A stretch of 64,000 nucleotides of DNA. It comes from Fibrobacteria bacterium (lineage in GTDB: Bacteria > Fibrobacterota > Chitinivibrionia > Chitinivibrionales > FEN-1185). Position 1 is the first letter of the stretch. Each line of letters begins with the position of its first letter. A program made the translations under genes and the position numbers. The notes below the pieces were generated by a model. That model did not search any database. It saw only the letters and a list, made by a program, of their open reading frames with translations, and had not been told where the DNA came from. The stretch is taken from the NCBI GenBank assembly GCA_037447435.1, contig JBBIGR010000014.1, forward strand, positions 21,305 through 85,304, in the 5' to 3' direction. Shown piece by piece: positions 37,177 to 46,481 of this stretch.

Positions 37177-37911
37177 GTGCAAAACGAAGTGAGCAGACGC
37201 TCTTTCATGAAAACCGCAGCGGCAACAGGCGCCGCTTTGGGGCTGGGCTCGACTGCCGATACGATATTTGCCGATGTCAAACCGGTACAATTGCCCCAGG
37301 TTCCCAAAGACGTTTCGATGATTCAACTTCCTTATGCGCAATCGGCGCTGAGCCCTTCCATTTCGGCAAGGACCGTTGATTTACATTATCGAATGCATCA
37401 TACCGGATATTATACAATGTTAAAGGGGTGGATCAATGTCCATCCGGAATATCAGAATCAAACATTGGTACAATTGATTCAATCCAATAAAAACGGCATC
37501 AATATGGCGGAAACGGTTTTCCACTATTCGATTCTCCTTAACAACCACAACTGGTATTGGGCAAGCCTGACGCCGCACGGAGGCGGCTTGCCTAAAGGGA
37601 AAATATCAAAATTGATAAATGATTCTTACGGATCCTATGATGCATTCAGAAAATCATTTCTCGAAGAAGGTATGCAGCTTGGAATCGGATGGGTTTGGAC
37701 CGTCTTGGACAACAACAAACTCAAAGTGTATCTTTCGGAATACGGCGACACGCCCATTTTACGTGGATATCAACCCCTCCTTGCAATCGATGTATGGGAG
37801 CATGCCTACTACATGGATTACCAAAACGAACGGCAGAAATATCTTGAAGCTGTTTTAGATAAGCTGCTCAATTGGGATTTTGCAGAAAGCAATTTACCTG
37901 CGGTAAAGTGA
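37177..37911 (+). CDS. Fe/Mn superoxide dismutase with twin-arginine (Tat) signal peptide
   Basis: Tat motif SRRSFMK, then a hydrophobic region and IFA|D. SOD motifs LHYRMHHTGYY, NNHNWYWASL and DVWEHAYYMDYQN. GTG start with RBS AAGGAGG. Confidence 0.9.
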   Translation: MQNEVSRRSFMKTAAATGAALGLGSTADTIFADVKPVQLPQVPKDVSMIQLPYAQSALSPSISARTVDLHYRMHHTGYYTMLKGWINVHPEYQNQTLVQLIQSNKNGINMAETVFHYSILLNNHNWYWASLTPHGGGLPKGKISKLINDSYGSYDAFRKSFLEEGMQLGIGWVWTVLDNNKLKVYLSEYGDTPILRGYQPLLAIDVWEHAYYMDYQNERQKYLEAVLDKLLNWDFAESNLPAVK

Positions 37912-37939
37912 TTGCACCGAGGCGTCATTTATCGGCAAG

Positions 37940-37967
37940 GCCCCGGCAGAACGCCGGGGCTTTTTTT
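37940..37967 (+). terminator. Rho-independent terminator after sod
   Basis: GCCCCGGC-agaac-GCCGGGGC followed by TTTTTTT. Confidence 0.85.
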
Positions 37968-37987
37968 GTCGATAAAGCGGGGCATTT

Positions 37988-39241
37988 TTATTGATATTTT
38001 TTAAACAACAGACTTGCGTTTTGGCCTCCAAAGCCGAATGTATTGCTGAGTGCGGCCCGTATGTTCTTTTTGACCGGTTTATGCAATGTCAAATCCACGC
38101 GTATATCGATTGCGGGGTCGAGCACTTCGGTATTGATGGTGGGCGGTATTTCGCCTTCTTTAACCGCAAGAACGGTCGCAACTGCCTCGATGGCACCCGC
38201 AGCGCCGAGGAGATGTCCGGTCATGGATTTTGTACCGCTGACATGGAGCGTGCTCAGAGAAGCTTCGAACAATTTCTGTACGGCCAGGAGCTCCGGAGGG
38301 TCACCCGCCGGTGTCGACGTCGCATGCAAATTGACATAATCGACATCCGGAGGCAATAATCCCGCTTCATCCATCGCGCTTTTCATTGCCATGAATACGG
38401 ATCTGCCTTCGGGTTGAGGCAGCGCATAATGATGAGCGTCGGCAGTCATACCGCCGCCAACTACCTCGGCCAGTATTCTTGCGTTGCGTTTCTCTGCGTG
38501 GGCAAGCGTTTCCAAAACCAAGGCACCCGCACCTTCGCCTAAAACAAAGCCATCGCGTTTTACATCAAACGGGCGTGAAGACTTTTGAGGCTCGTCGTTA
38601 TTTTCGGACAGGGCATGCATCGCATTGAAGCCTCCTATAGCGGTCTCGTTGACCGACGCTTCGGAACCGCCGGCAAGCACGACATCGGCTTTTCCGAGTC
38701 TCAACACATTGAATGCATCGATTATCGCATGGGACGACGAGGCGCAGGCGCTGACCGTGCCATAATTGACACCTCGGAAATCGTACCGCATGGCGATAAT
38801 GCCGGCCGCTATATTGGATATCATCTTGATGATCATATGAGGAGAGAATCTCGGGTTGGAGCCCTTTTGCGCGAATCGGATAATTTCGTCTTGCAACGAG
38901 GTAAGACCTCCGATTCCCGACGAAAAAATCACTCCATAGCGGAATTGGTCGGCCTCAAGTTTTTTAAGACCGGCATTGTCCATTGCCTGGCTGGCCGCTG
39001 CTATTGCAAATTGAGTAAAGAGGTCCATTGAACGGACTTCTTTGGAGTCGAGATATTGCAAAGCGTCGAACCCTTTTACTTCACAGGCAAATTTAGTCTT
39101 GAAATTAGAACTATCGAATCTTGTTATCGGTCCTGCACCGTTTTTGCCGTTTAGTAAGGCGGCCCAGTATTGATCCACTGTATTGCCGATGGGCGTGACT
39201 GCGCCCAAGCCGGTTACAACAACCCTATTCAAAGACGTCAT
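37988..39241 (-). CDS. fabF: 3-oxoacyl-ACP synthase II
   Basis: 417 aa with the active-site context GTVSACASS, HATSTPAGD and GHLLGAAG, and C-terminus SNTFGFGGQNASLLF. Confidence 0.95.
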   Translation of the reverse strand: MTSLNRVVVTGLGAVTPIGNTVDQYWAALLNGKNGAGPITRFDSSNFKTKFACEVKGFDALQYLDSKEVRSMDLFTQFAIAAASQAMDNAGLKKLEADQFRYGVIFSSGIGGLTSLQDEIIRFAQKGSNPRFSPHMIIKMISNIAAGIIAMRYDFRGVNYGTVSACASSSHAIIDAFNVLRLGKADVVLAGGSEASVNETAIGGFNAMHALSENNDEPQKSSRPFDVKRDGFVLGEGAGALVLETLAHAEKRNARILAEVVGGGMTADAHHYALPQPEGRSVFMAMKSAMDEAGLLPPDVDYVNLHATSTPAGDPPELLAVQKLFEASLSTLHVSGTKSMTGHLLGAAGAIEAVATVLAVKEGEIPPTINTEVLDPAIDIRVDLTLHKPVKKNIRAALSNTFGFGGQNASLLFKKYQ

Positions 39242-39263
39242 CGGTATCCTCCTTATATGAATT

Positions 39264-39277
39264 GTACCGTTTGGTAT
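39264..39277. promoter_or_regulatory. Candidate TetR operator in the fabF promoter/leader
   Basis: GTACCGTTTGGTAT, 23-36 nt upstream of the fabF ATG, matches 12/14 positions of the palindrome upstream of the adjacent TetR gene. Confidence 0.4.
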
Positions 39278-39418
39278 ATTTTATTAAGCTTTCTGCCGCG
39301 TATAGTTAAAACAACTGTCTATTAATACTATGCATCAAGTTTTACGGAAGATCATTCCGTACACTATTGACAATTAATTATTTCGTTGCATCGCCCCGCG
39401 CTATCGCTTTGGAAAACA

Positions 39419-40009
39419 TCACGGCTTCATCTGATTGATCATTTCATCTATTTTGTCCAAAACCATGCCGAGACTCGAACTTTCATTGTACGCTTTCGAC
39501 ATCATCGTGGCACCTTCAAGCAGCGCAATAAACAACGTCGCTATCATATGGGGGTTTGCATCCTGTTTGATCTCGCCGCATCGTATTCCTTTTGTAATGA
39601 TTGATGAAAACAACCGACGCCATAATTCCAGAGCGCGTACCACTTTTTCCTGCAGAAGCGGATTGGTATCGTCGGCCTCTATGGATGTATTGAGAATCGG
39701 ACAACCGCCCTTGATTGGCCAGAAATCGGGAAAAGTCCGGTACATATCGAAAATCGCTCTCAATTTTTCAATCGCATTACCTTTTTTAGCCGCTTCGCAA
39801 TCCATCTTTTCATGGATAAGGTCTCTGGCATATTCAAAACATTCAACGGCGAGTTCTTCCTTGCTGTTGAAGAGTCCGTATATGCAACCTTTGGTAAGAC
39901 CGGTCGCAGTTTCCAAATCCGAAAGGGATGTGCCGACAAAGCCCTTTTGATTGAAAACTGGGGCGCATCTGGCAAGAATGAATTCCCGGGTTTTTTCGGA
40001 TTTCTTCAT
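39419..40009 (-). CDS. TetR/AcrR family transcriptional regulator
   Basis: N-terminal HTH FNQKGFVGTSLSDLETATGLTKGCIYGLFNSKEEL, 196 aa. Confidence 0.85.
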   Translation of the reverse strand: MKKSEKTREFILARCAPVFNQKGFVGTSLSDLETATGLTKGCIYGLFNSKEELAVECFEYARDLIHEKMDCEAAKKGNAIEKLRAIFDMYRTFPDFWPIKGGCPILNTSIEADDTNPLLQEKVVRALELWRRLFSSIITKGIRCGEIKQDANPHMIATLFIALLEGATMMSKAYNESSSLGMVLDKIDEMINQMKP

Positions 40010-40056
40010 TTGGAAACGACCAATGTCAATCTACAGCTTTTTCCCATATCTAAAAT

Positions 40057-40070
40057 ATACCATTTGGTAT
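40057..40070. promoter_or_regulatory. Candidate TetR autoregulatory operator
   Basis: Perfect palindrome ATACCA-TT-TGGTAT, 48-61 nt upstream of the TetR start, in the region divergent from ychF. Confidence 0.4.
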
Positions 40071-40217
40071 TTTTTGATGCAATTGAATCGTTTTGACTCG
40101 AACCGGCCGCTACGATTTACCTGTAAAAAATGAGTTTGCTCCCGGGCCGTATGCTATTTTTTAGGCATTCCTTATTTTGATTATTTTTTTATACCTTATA
40201 TTGGACAGGAACTTTTC

Positions 40218-41312
40218 ATGGGACTTTCTGCAGGAATTGTCGGGCTGCCGAACGTGGGAAAATCCACGCTGTTTAATGCACTGACCAGCGCAAAAGCCGA
40301 GGTGCAAAACTATCCGTTTACCACTATCGATCCAAACAACGGTATCGTTGCAGTCCCGGACGAACGCCTCAACCGCATCACGCAGCTTATTCCTACCGCA
40401 AAAGTCGTTCCTGCATTTTTGGAACTCGTGGACATTGCGGGCCTTGTCAAAGGAGCATCTAAGGGCGAAGGATTGGGCAATCAGTTTTTGGGTCATATAA
40501 AAAATGTCGATGCTATTGTCCATGTTGTGCGGTGCTTCAAGGATCCCAACGTCATTCATGTTGAAGGCTCGGTTGACCCATTGCGAGACATCGGCCTCAT
40601 TGATACCGAGCTTATGTTTGCAGACCTCGGCACTGCCGAACGCGGATTGCTTCGAGTTTCAAAAGCAGCCAAATCGGGCGATAAGGAAGCCAAAGAACAA
40701 TTGGTTGTTTTTGAAAAAGTGCAGGATTCCCTTTCCCGCGGTGTGCCGGTACGGCAAACCATTACCGAGCCTTCTCAATTGCAGATGCTCTCGCAACTTA
40801 ATTTGCTGACCGCCAAACCGGTATTATACATTGCCAATGTCGACGAAGACAATATCCTGGCCGACAATGAAGCTGTCGCCGCAGTACGAAAGCATGCCGC
40901 CCTGACAAATTCGGAAGTTGTTCGCATAAGCGGTAAAATGGAATCCGAAATCGCAGCGCTTTCGCCTGAAGAGCGGCCTGAATTTTTAGCAAGTGTCGGA
41001 CTTACCCAACCCGGATTGGCGCAGTTGGCGCAGGCTATTTATAAATTACTCGGGTTGGAAACATTTTTTACCGCAGGAGCGGAAGAGAATCGCGCCTGGA
41101 CCATTAGAAAAGGAATTACGGCACCTAAAGCAGCCGGAACGATCCATACCGATTTTGAAAAAGGCTTCATAAAGGCGGACGTTTATACTCTTGGCGACCT
41201 CGAGCAATATAAATCCGAGGCAGCAATTCGTGCGGCAGGCAAGATTCGGTCGGAAGGCAAGGAATATATTGTCAAGGACGGAGATATTATGTTTTACAAA
41301 TTTAATGTTTAA
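40218..41312 (+). CDS. ychF: Ribosome-binding ATPase YchF
   Basis: GIVGLPNVGKSTLFNALT, DIAGLVKGAS, the TGS-like C-terminus and the 364 aa length are canonical. Confidence 0.95.
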   Translation: MGLSAGIVGLPNVGKSTLFNALTSAKAEVQNYPFTTIDPNNGIVAVPDERLNRITQLIPTAKVVPAFLELVDIAGLVKGASKGEGLGNQFLGHIKNVDAIVHVVRCFKDPNVIHVEGSVDPLRDIGLIDTELMFADLGTAERGLLRVSKAAKSGDKEAKEQLVVFEKVQDSLSRGVPVRQTITEPSQLQMLSQLNLLTAKPVLYIANVDEDNILADNEAVAAVRKHAALTNSEVVRISGKMESEIAALSPEERPEFLASVGLTQPGLAQLAQAIYKLLGLETFFTAGAEENRAWTIRKGITAPKAAGTIHTDFEKGFIKADVYTLGDLEQYKSEAAIRAAGKIRSEGKEYIVKDGDIMFYKFNV

Positions 41313-41327
41313 TAAATAACCCCAGTC

Positions 41328-42548
41328 ATGAATGACAGACTTTTATATTTGTACCGATGGACATTATGGAATGTTTTTTCCAGGATTTTTGTAAAATTCT
41401 GGCTTGGGCCCAGATATAATTTTTCCAAGTCACCCAATTCCGATTCGCTCCCGAAACCGCCGTTTATCGTCGTTGCCAATCACGGAACGTTTTTTGACCC
41501 CTGGATAATCGGTTATTACAGCCGATACCCCTTTACAATTATGTGCAACGACGATGCCTTCCGCGGTAATGCGGTATCGCGCTGGTACCTCAAAAACATC
41601 GGAGCATTTCCCAAGAAAAAAGGCGCTTCCGATTTCAAGGCCATGAAAACAACATTGGCCTCTTTGGCCGCAGGCTATCCGGTTTGCATTTTTCCGGAAG
41701 GCCAGACGACCTGGGACGGGGAAACGCAGCTTATTTACAAAGGTATAGAAAAAATCATTCGCCACAGCAAAGCAAGCTTGGTTATGGTGCGAAGTAACGG
41801 AAATTTCCTTACAAAACCGTGGTGGGCCGACCATATGCGGAAAGGCAAGATAGATTGTCTGTACAAAACCCTCACGCCCGACCAGCTGCAAACCATGTCC
41901 GACGCCGATTTGTTTTTAACAATTAAGAATTTTATCGCGCACAACGACATCAAGGCGAATTCGGCATTGACAACCGTATTTTCCGGGCATAATTGCGCCG
42001 ACGGCTTGCAACGGTTCATGTGGATGTGCATGCATTGCGAAGGTGAAGATACGCTTACCATGAAGCACGACACCATCAAATGCAAAGCCTGCGGATCTAT
42101 GTGGACTATAAACGCGCTCGGCAAATTGACACCAAAGAAAACTCTTACAAAATCATTCTCCGATTTGCACGATTGGTCGCAATGGCATAAAATCAAGGTT
42201 AAAAACCGATTGCGCTTTGCATCCGATACCGATACCCTCACGACAGGGCAAAACATCCATTTCCAGGAACTTCACGACAACAATCAGTACTACGAATGCG
42301 GAGTCGGAACGCTGGTACTCACCAAAACGGCATTGTCGTTTTCAGCTCCAACTAAAAATATGACAATGGAATTTGCGATGGATAAAATCAACGATTACGT
42401 AATTCAAAAGAAAAACATTCTCGAAATCCGCTACGAAACATCGTATTTCCGTTTTGTCTTTCACAATACGAGCACTATGAAATGGTTGTTTTATCTGCGA
42501 TACATTAAAGGATATGAAAAATCCGAAAAACAGGGATTTATTTCCTGA
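41328..42548 (+). CDS. Lysophospholipid/glycerol-3-phosphate acyltransferase family protein with C-terminal extension
   Basis: HX4D motif ANHGTFFD and FPEGQTT. The C-terminal ~200 aa includes a four-Cys zinc ribbon, CMHC...CKAC. Confidence 0.7.
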   Translation: MNDRLLYLYRWTLWNVFSRIFVKFWLGPRYNFSKSPNSDSLPKPPFIVVANHGTFFDPWIIGYYSRYPFTIMCNDDAFRGNAVSRWYLKNIGAFPKKKGASDFKAMKTTLASLAAGYPVCIFPEGQTTWDGETQLIYKGIEKIIRHSKASLVMVRSNGNFLTKPWWADHMRKGKIDCLYKTLTPDQLQTMSDADLFLTIKNFIAHNDIKANSALTTVFSGHNCADGLQRFMWMCMHCEGEDTLTMKHDTIKCKACGSMWTINALGKLTPKKTLTKSFSDLHDWSQWHKIKVKNRLRFASDTDTLTTGQNIHFQELHDNNQYYECGVGTLVLTKTALSFSAPTKNMTMEFAMDKINDYVIQKKNILEIRYETSYFRFVFHNTSTMKWLFYLRYIKGYEKSEKQGFIS

Positions 42549-42560
42549 TATGTATTAAAA

Positions 42561-42591
42561 AGGCACTTGCGGCGGCATAGCGCAAGTGCCT
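42561..42591 (-). terminator. Terminator of the ilv-leu operon (bidirectional hairpin)
   Basis: AGGCACTTGCG-9 nt-CGCAAGTGCCT, with TTTTT following on the minus strand and TTT on the plus strand. Confidence 0.7.
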
Positions 42592-42658
42592 TTACAAAAA
42601 GCGTAGATTATCCTGCCAAGGTAACAGGTGCATATTTCAGATAGACATTAATCGAATA

Positions 42659-43684
42659 TTATTCCACGTTTACCGGCAGCATCCACCCATGAGTATCGGG
42701 CTTGTCGCCGTATTGAATGCCGGTAATTTCATTGTACAACCGAGTCAATGTGGCGCCTGCTTCATTTTCTTTTCCAAAGGTATAAATCCGCTCACCGTGA
42801 AGAATCGACGAAACCGGCGTGATGACAACGGCCGTACCGCAGGCTCCCACTTCGGTGAAATCGGCAAGTTCGCTCACATGGATTTTCCGCTTTTCCACTT
42901 TTAGCCCGAAATCCTGAGCAATGACCTGCAAGCTTTTGTTGGTAACACTGCCTAAAATCGACTGCGAATCCGGGGTAACATAGCTTCCGGCTTTTGAAAT
43001 GGCCAAAAAGTTTGATGTGCCGAATTCGTCGATATAGCTGTGCGTTTGCGCATCGAGATATAAACAAACAGGAAAGCCTTTTTTCTTGCCGTCCAGATCA
43101 CCGGCCAACCCTGCCGCATAATTTCCGGCAGCCTTGACATTACCGACACCGAGAGGTGCGGCCCGGTCATATTGCTCCTGGATATACGCTTTCACCGGAA
43201 AAAATCCGTTCTTATAATACGGCCCCATGGGTGTCGCAAGCATGATAAAGACATATTCTTCGGAAGCGTGGACGCCGATATGAGGGCTTGATCCGATAAG
43301 AAAAGGTCTGACATAGAGGCTTGCGCCGGTCCCATAAGGAGGCACATATTGCTTATTAAGAAGAACGAGCTTTTTTGCCATTTCCAAGAACAATTCCTGG
43401 GAAGGCGGCTCCATAACGAGGCGTGTTGCAGAGGTAATAAGCCGTTTGGCATTTTCGTCGGGCCTAAACAAAGCGATGGATTCATCTTTTCTGCCGAATG
43501 CTTTAAGGCCCTCGAATATCGCCTGTCCATAATGCAGACAGGTTGAGGCGATGTGAAGCGAAATATGGGGATCGGTGCAAATTTGGATATCTCCCCACGA
43601 ACCGTTTTTATATTCGCATTTCACATAATACTCTGTTTGCATATATGAAAAGCCGAGATTTTTCCAATCGATATTTTTAGCCAT
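42659..43684 (-). CDS. ilvE: Branched-chain amino acid aminotransferase
   Basis: 341 aa long-form BCAT: ..YGQAIFEGLKAF.., ..GTGASLYVRP.., ..GVGNVKAAGNYA.., ..EVGACGTAVVITPV. Confidence 0.9.
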   Translation of the reverse strand: MAKNIDWKNLGFSYMQTEYYVKCEYKNGSWGDIQICTDPHISLHIASTCLHYGQAIFEGLKAFGRKDESIALFRPDENAKRLITSATRLVMEPPSQELFLEMAKKLVLLNKQYVPPYGTGASLYVRPFLIGSSPHIGVHASEEYVFIMLATPMGPYYKNGFFPVKAYIQEQYDRAAPLGVGNVKAAGNYAAGLAGDLDGKKKGFPVCLYLDAQTHSYIDEFGTSNFLAISKAGSYVTPDSQSILGSVTNKSLQVIAQDFGLKVEKRKIHVSELADFTEVGACGTAVVITPVSSILHGERIYTFGKENEAGATLTRLYNEITGIQYGDKPDTHGWMLPVNVE

Positions 43685-43714
43685 AGTCTACCTCTACTAT
43701 TTGGTTTTCTATCC

Positions 43715-45307
43715 CTATTTCTTCGCAGTATGCTTTCGAGTATCCTTCATAAGTTTATATGTAAGACTATCGATAAGCGCGAGCCATGCGGCTTCGATGA
43801 CATTCGTCGAAACGCCGATAGTACCCCAGCGGTCTTTCCCGTCCGACGATTCGATGAGAACCCGAACCTTTGCGGCCGTACCGTCTCTGCCGTCGAGCAC
43901 CCGGACTTTAAAGTCTTCAAGCTTTACTTCCGATAGATTGGGGTAAAACTTGCACAGCGCCTTCCGGAGAGCATTGTCGAGCGCATTGACCGGCCCGTCC
44001 CCTTCGGCGGCAGTATGCTCGAAATCGCCATCTTTTTGTACTTTGATCGTAGCTTCGGAAAACACGTCTCCGCTTTCCCGTTTTTCTTCTATGACGCGGA
44101 ATCCTTTGAATTCGAAGGTTTTTTTAAACAGCCCGAGCATTTCCTGGGCTAAAAGTTCAAACGATGCGTCTGCAGCCTCGAATTGATACCCATCGGACTC
44201 AAGCGATTTGATTTTCATCAAAAGTTTCTTGACCATAGGGTCCTGTTTGTCGAGATGCGGCATGAATCCGGCGAGTTTTTCAAGCATAGTGCTCGAACCG
44301 GCCTGTGCGGACACCACGAATTGCCGTTGATTGCCGACAAGTGCCGGCTTGACATGTTCAAACGACTCGCTTACTTTGCGAACGCCGTCGGCATGAGCCC
44401 CGGCTTTATGGGAAAACGCGCATTCGCCGACATACGGCTGACGGATATTATGCGTAATGTTTGCTATTTCCGAAACGAATATCGATACTTCGGTCAGTTG
44501 TTTCAGAGAATCCTCATGCAAAACAGGAACGCCGCGCTTTAGCTGGATATTTGGAATTATGGTGCACAAATTTGCATTGCCGCAACGCTCTCCAAGCCCG
44601 TTTATGGTTCCCTGGACCTGGACGGCACCTTCGGCAACGGCAATCATGCTGTTTGCTTCTGCGCAGCCGGAATCGTTATGCGTATGTATGCCGAGCGGGC
44701 AATCGATGCTTGACGCAATAGATCGCCAAACCGAGAGAAATTCATCCGGAAGCATACCGCCGTTTGTATCGCATAAGACAATACAATCGGCCCCGGCTTC
44801 TTTTGCTGCAAACAATGTTTTCAAAGCATAATCCGGATTGTGCTTATACCCGTCGAAAAAATGTTCCGCGTCATACACGACCTCGTCCATGTGCTTTTTA
44901 AGATAGGAAATCGTATCCCCGATGATATCGATATTTTCCTGCAAGGAAAAACGAAGCACATTTGTCACATGCAGATCCCATGATTTTCCGAAAATCGTCG
45001 CGACCGGCGCGCCCGATTTGACAAGCATTTGCAAAAACAGGTCTTCGCCGTACGGCGTGTGCGGCCTCTTGGTTGAGCCGAAAACCGCGAGTTTTGATTT
45101 CAGTTTAAGTTTTTTCGCTTCCTGAAAGAACTCGGTATCGATGGCATTCGTCGGGTTCGGCCACCCGCCTTCAACATACTGGATTCCCAAATCGCTGAGC
45201 CGTTCGGCTATGCGCAATTTGTCGGAAAGAGACAAGCTTATGCCCAATGCCTGATTACCATCGCGAAGCGTGGTATCGTATATTGCTATTTTCTTCTGTA
45301 AATTCAT
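43715..45307 (-). CDS. cimA: Citramalate synthase (LeuA-related, CimA type)
   Basis: IYDTTLRDGNQ and HTHNDSGCAEAN, with 530 aa and a LeuA-dimer-type C-terminus. It is a second LeuA paralog of the citramalate-synthase size class in an ilv/leu operon. Confidence 0.75.
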   Translation of the reverse strand: MNLQKKIAIYDTTLRDGNQALGISLSLSDKLRIAERLSDLGIQYVEGGWPNPTNAIDTEFFQEAKKLKLKSKLAVFGSTKRPHTPYGEDLFLQMLVKSGAPVATIFGKSWDLHVTNVLRFSLQENIDIIGDTISYLKKHMDEVVYDAEHFFDGYKHNPDYALKTLFAAKEAGADCIVLCDTNGGMLPDEFLSVWRSIASSIDCPLGIHTHNDSGCAEANSMIAVAEGAVQVQGTINGLGERCGNANLCTIIPNIQLKRGVPVLHEDSLKQLTEVSIFVSEIANITHNIRQPYVGECAFSHKAGAHADGVRKVSESFEHVKPALVGNQRQFVVSAQAGSSTMLEKLAGFMPHLDKQDPMVKKLLMKIKSLESDGYQFEAADASFELLAQEMLGLFKKTFEFKGFRVIEEKRESGDVFSEATIKVQKDGDFEHTAAEGDGPVNALDNALRKALCKFYPNLSEVKLEDFKVRVLDGRDGTAAKVRVLIESSDGKDRWGTIGVSTNVIEAAWLALIDSLTYKLMKDTRKHTAKK

Positions 45308-45378
45308 AATTTCTTTTCTATTGAAATGGCCTCACCTCTTTCCCCCGAGAGAGACGAGGTGAGGTTGTCAACCTTCAT

Positions 45379-46458
45379 TTATTTGACAAACGATGCGACA
45401 AAATCGCCAAGTTCACGGGTGCCCATGCCCATTTTACCTGCGGCAAGGCTCTTGATTTTGCCTGAAGCGAGCGCATCATGCACGGCGCGTTCGATTGCGC
45501 TTCCCGCAGCTTCTTCGCCAAGGGATTCGAGCATCATACCTGCAGCTGCGATTGCCGCAAGAGGATTGATCACGTTTTTGCCCGTATACTTCGGCGCACT
45601 GCCGCCCATTGGCTCGAACATGGAAACACCTTGCGGATTGATATTTCCGCCTGCTGCGATACCAAGCCCGCCCTGGATGATTGCGGCAAGATCGGTGATG
45701 ATGTCGCCGAAGAGATTTTCGGTCACGATGACATCATAGAATTCCGGACTCTTTACGAACCACATGGTGCACGCATCGACATGGTTGTAATCCTGCTTGA
45801 TGTCCGGATACTCTGCATCACCCATTTCCTTATGGCTCCGTACCCACAAATCGCCGCAATGCGTGAGTACATTGCATTTATGAACGAGCGTGAGCTGTTT
45901 GCGTTTATTGCGTTTACGAGTGAATTCGTACGCATAGCGCATGCATCGGTCGACAATGGGCCGGCTGTATTGCATGACCTGCGTCGCTATTTCATACTGA
46001 GTGCCTTTTTGCGTCGCACCACCGATACCGGTGTAGATACCGCCGGTATTTTCGCGGATCACGACAAAGTCTATATGTTCGGGCCCTTTGTCTTTAAGCG
46101 GCGTTTCGACGTTCGGATAAAGCTTGACAGGCCGTAAATTGATGTATTGATCGAGTGCGAAACGCGCCTTGAGCAATATGCCGAGCTCCAGGATTCCGGG
46201 CTTGACATCGGGATGTCCGATAGCGCCAAGGAATATCGAATCGTGCTTGCGCAATTCTTCGATGGCACTGTCGGGAAGCGTTTCACCGGTTTTAAGATAT
46301 CGCTCGCCGCCGAAATCATAATTTTCGTAATTGAGTTTGACATTATACTTTGCAGCCGCGACATTAAGAACCTTAAGACCTTCATTGACCACTTCCGGAC
46401 CGGTTCCGTCTCCCGGAATCACCGCTATGTTATACGATTTCATGAACACTTGCTCCAT
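45379..46458 (-). CDS. leuB: 3-isopropylmalate dehydrogenase
   Basis: IAVIPGDGTGPEV, VIRENTGGIY and NLFGDIITDLAA..GGLGIAAGGNI signatures. Confidence 0.9.
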   Translation of the reverse strand: MEQVFMKSYNIAVIPGDGTGPEVVNEGLKVLNVAAAKYNVKLNYENYDFGGERYLKTGETLPDSAIEELRKHDSIFLGAIGHPDVKPGILELGILLKARFALDQYINLRPVKLYPNVETPLKDKGPEHIDFVVIRENTGGIYTGIGGATQKGTQYEIATQVMQYSRPIVDRCMRYAYEFTRKRNKRKQLTLVHKCNVLTHCGDLWVRSHKEMGDAEYPDIKQDYNHVDACTMWFVKSPEFYDVIVTENLFGDIITDLAAIIQGGLGIAAGGNINPQGVSMFEPMGGSAPKYTGKNVINPLAAIAAAGMMLESLGEEAAGSAIERAVHDALASGKIKSLAAGKMGMGTRELGDFVASFVK

Positions 46459-46481
46459 TCACGTTAAAAGAAATATGACGA

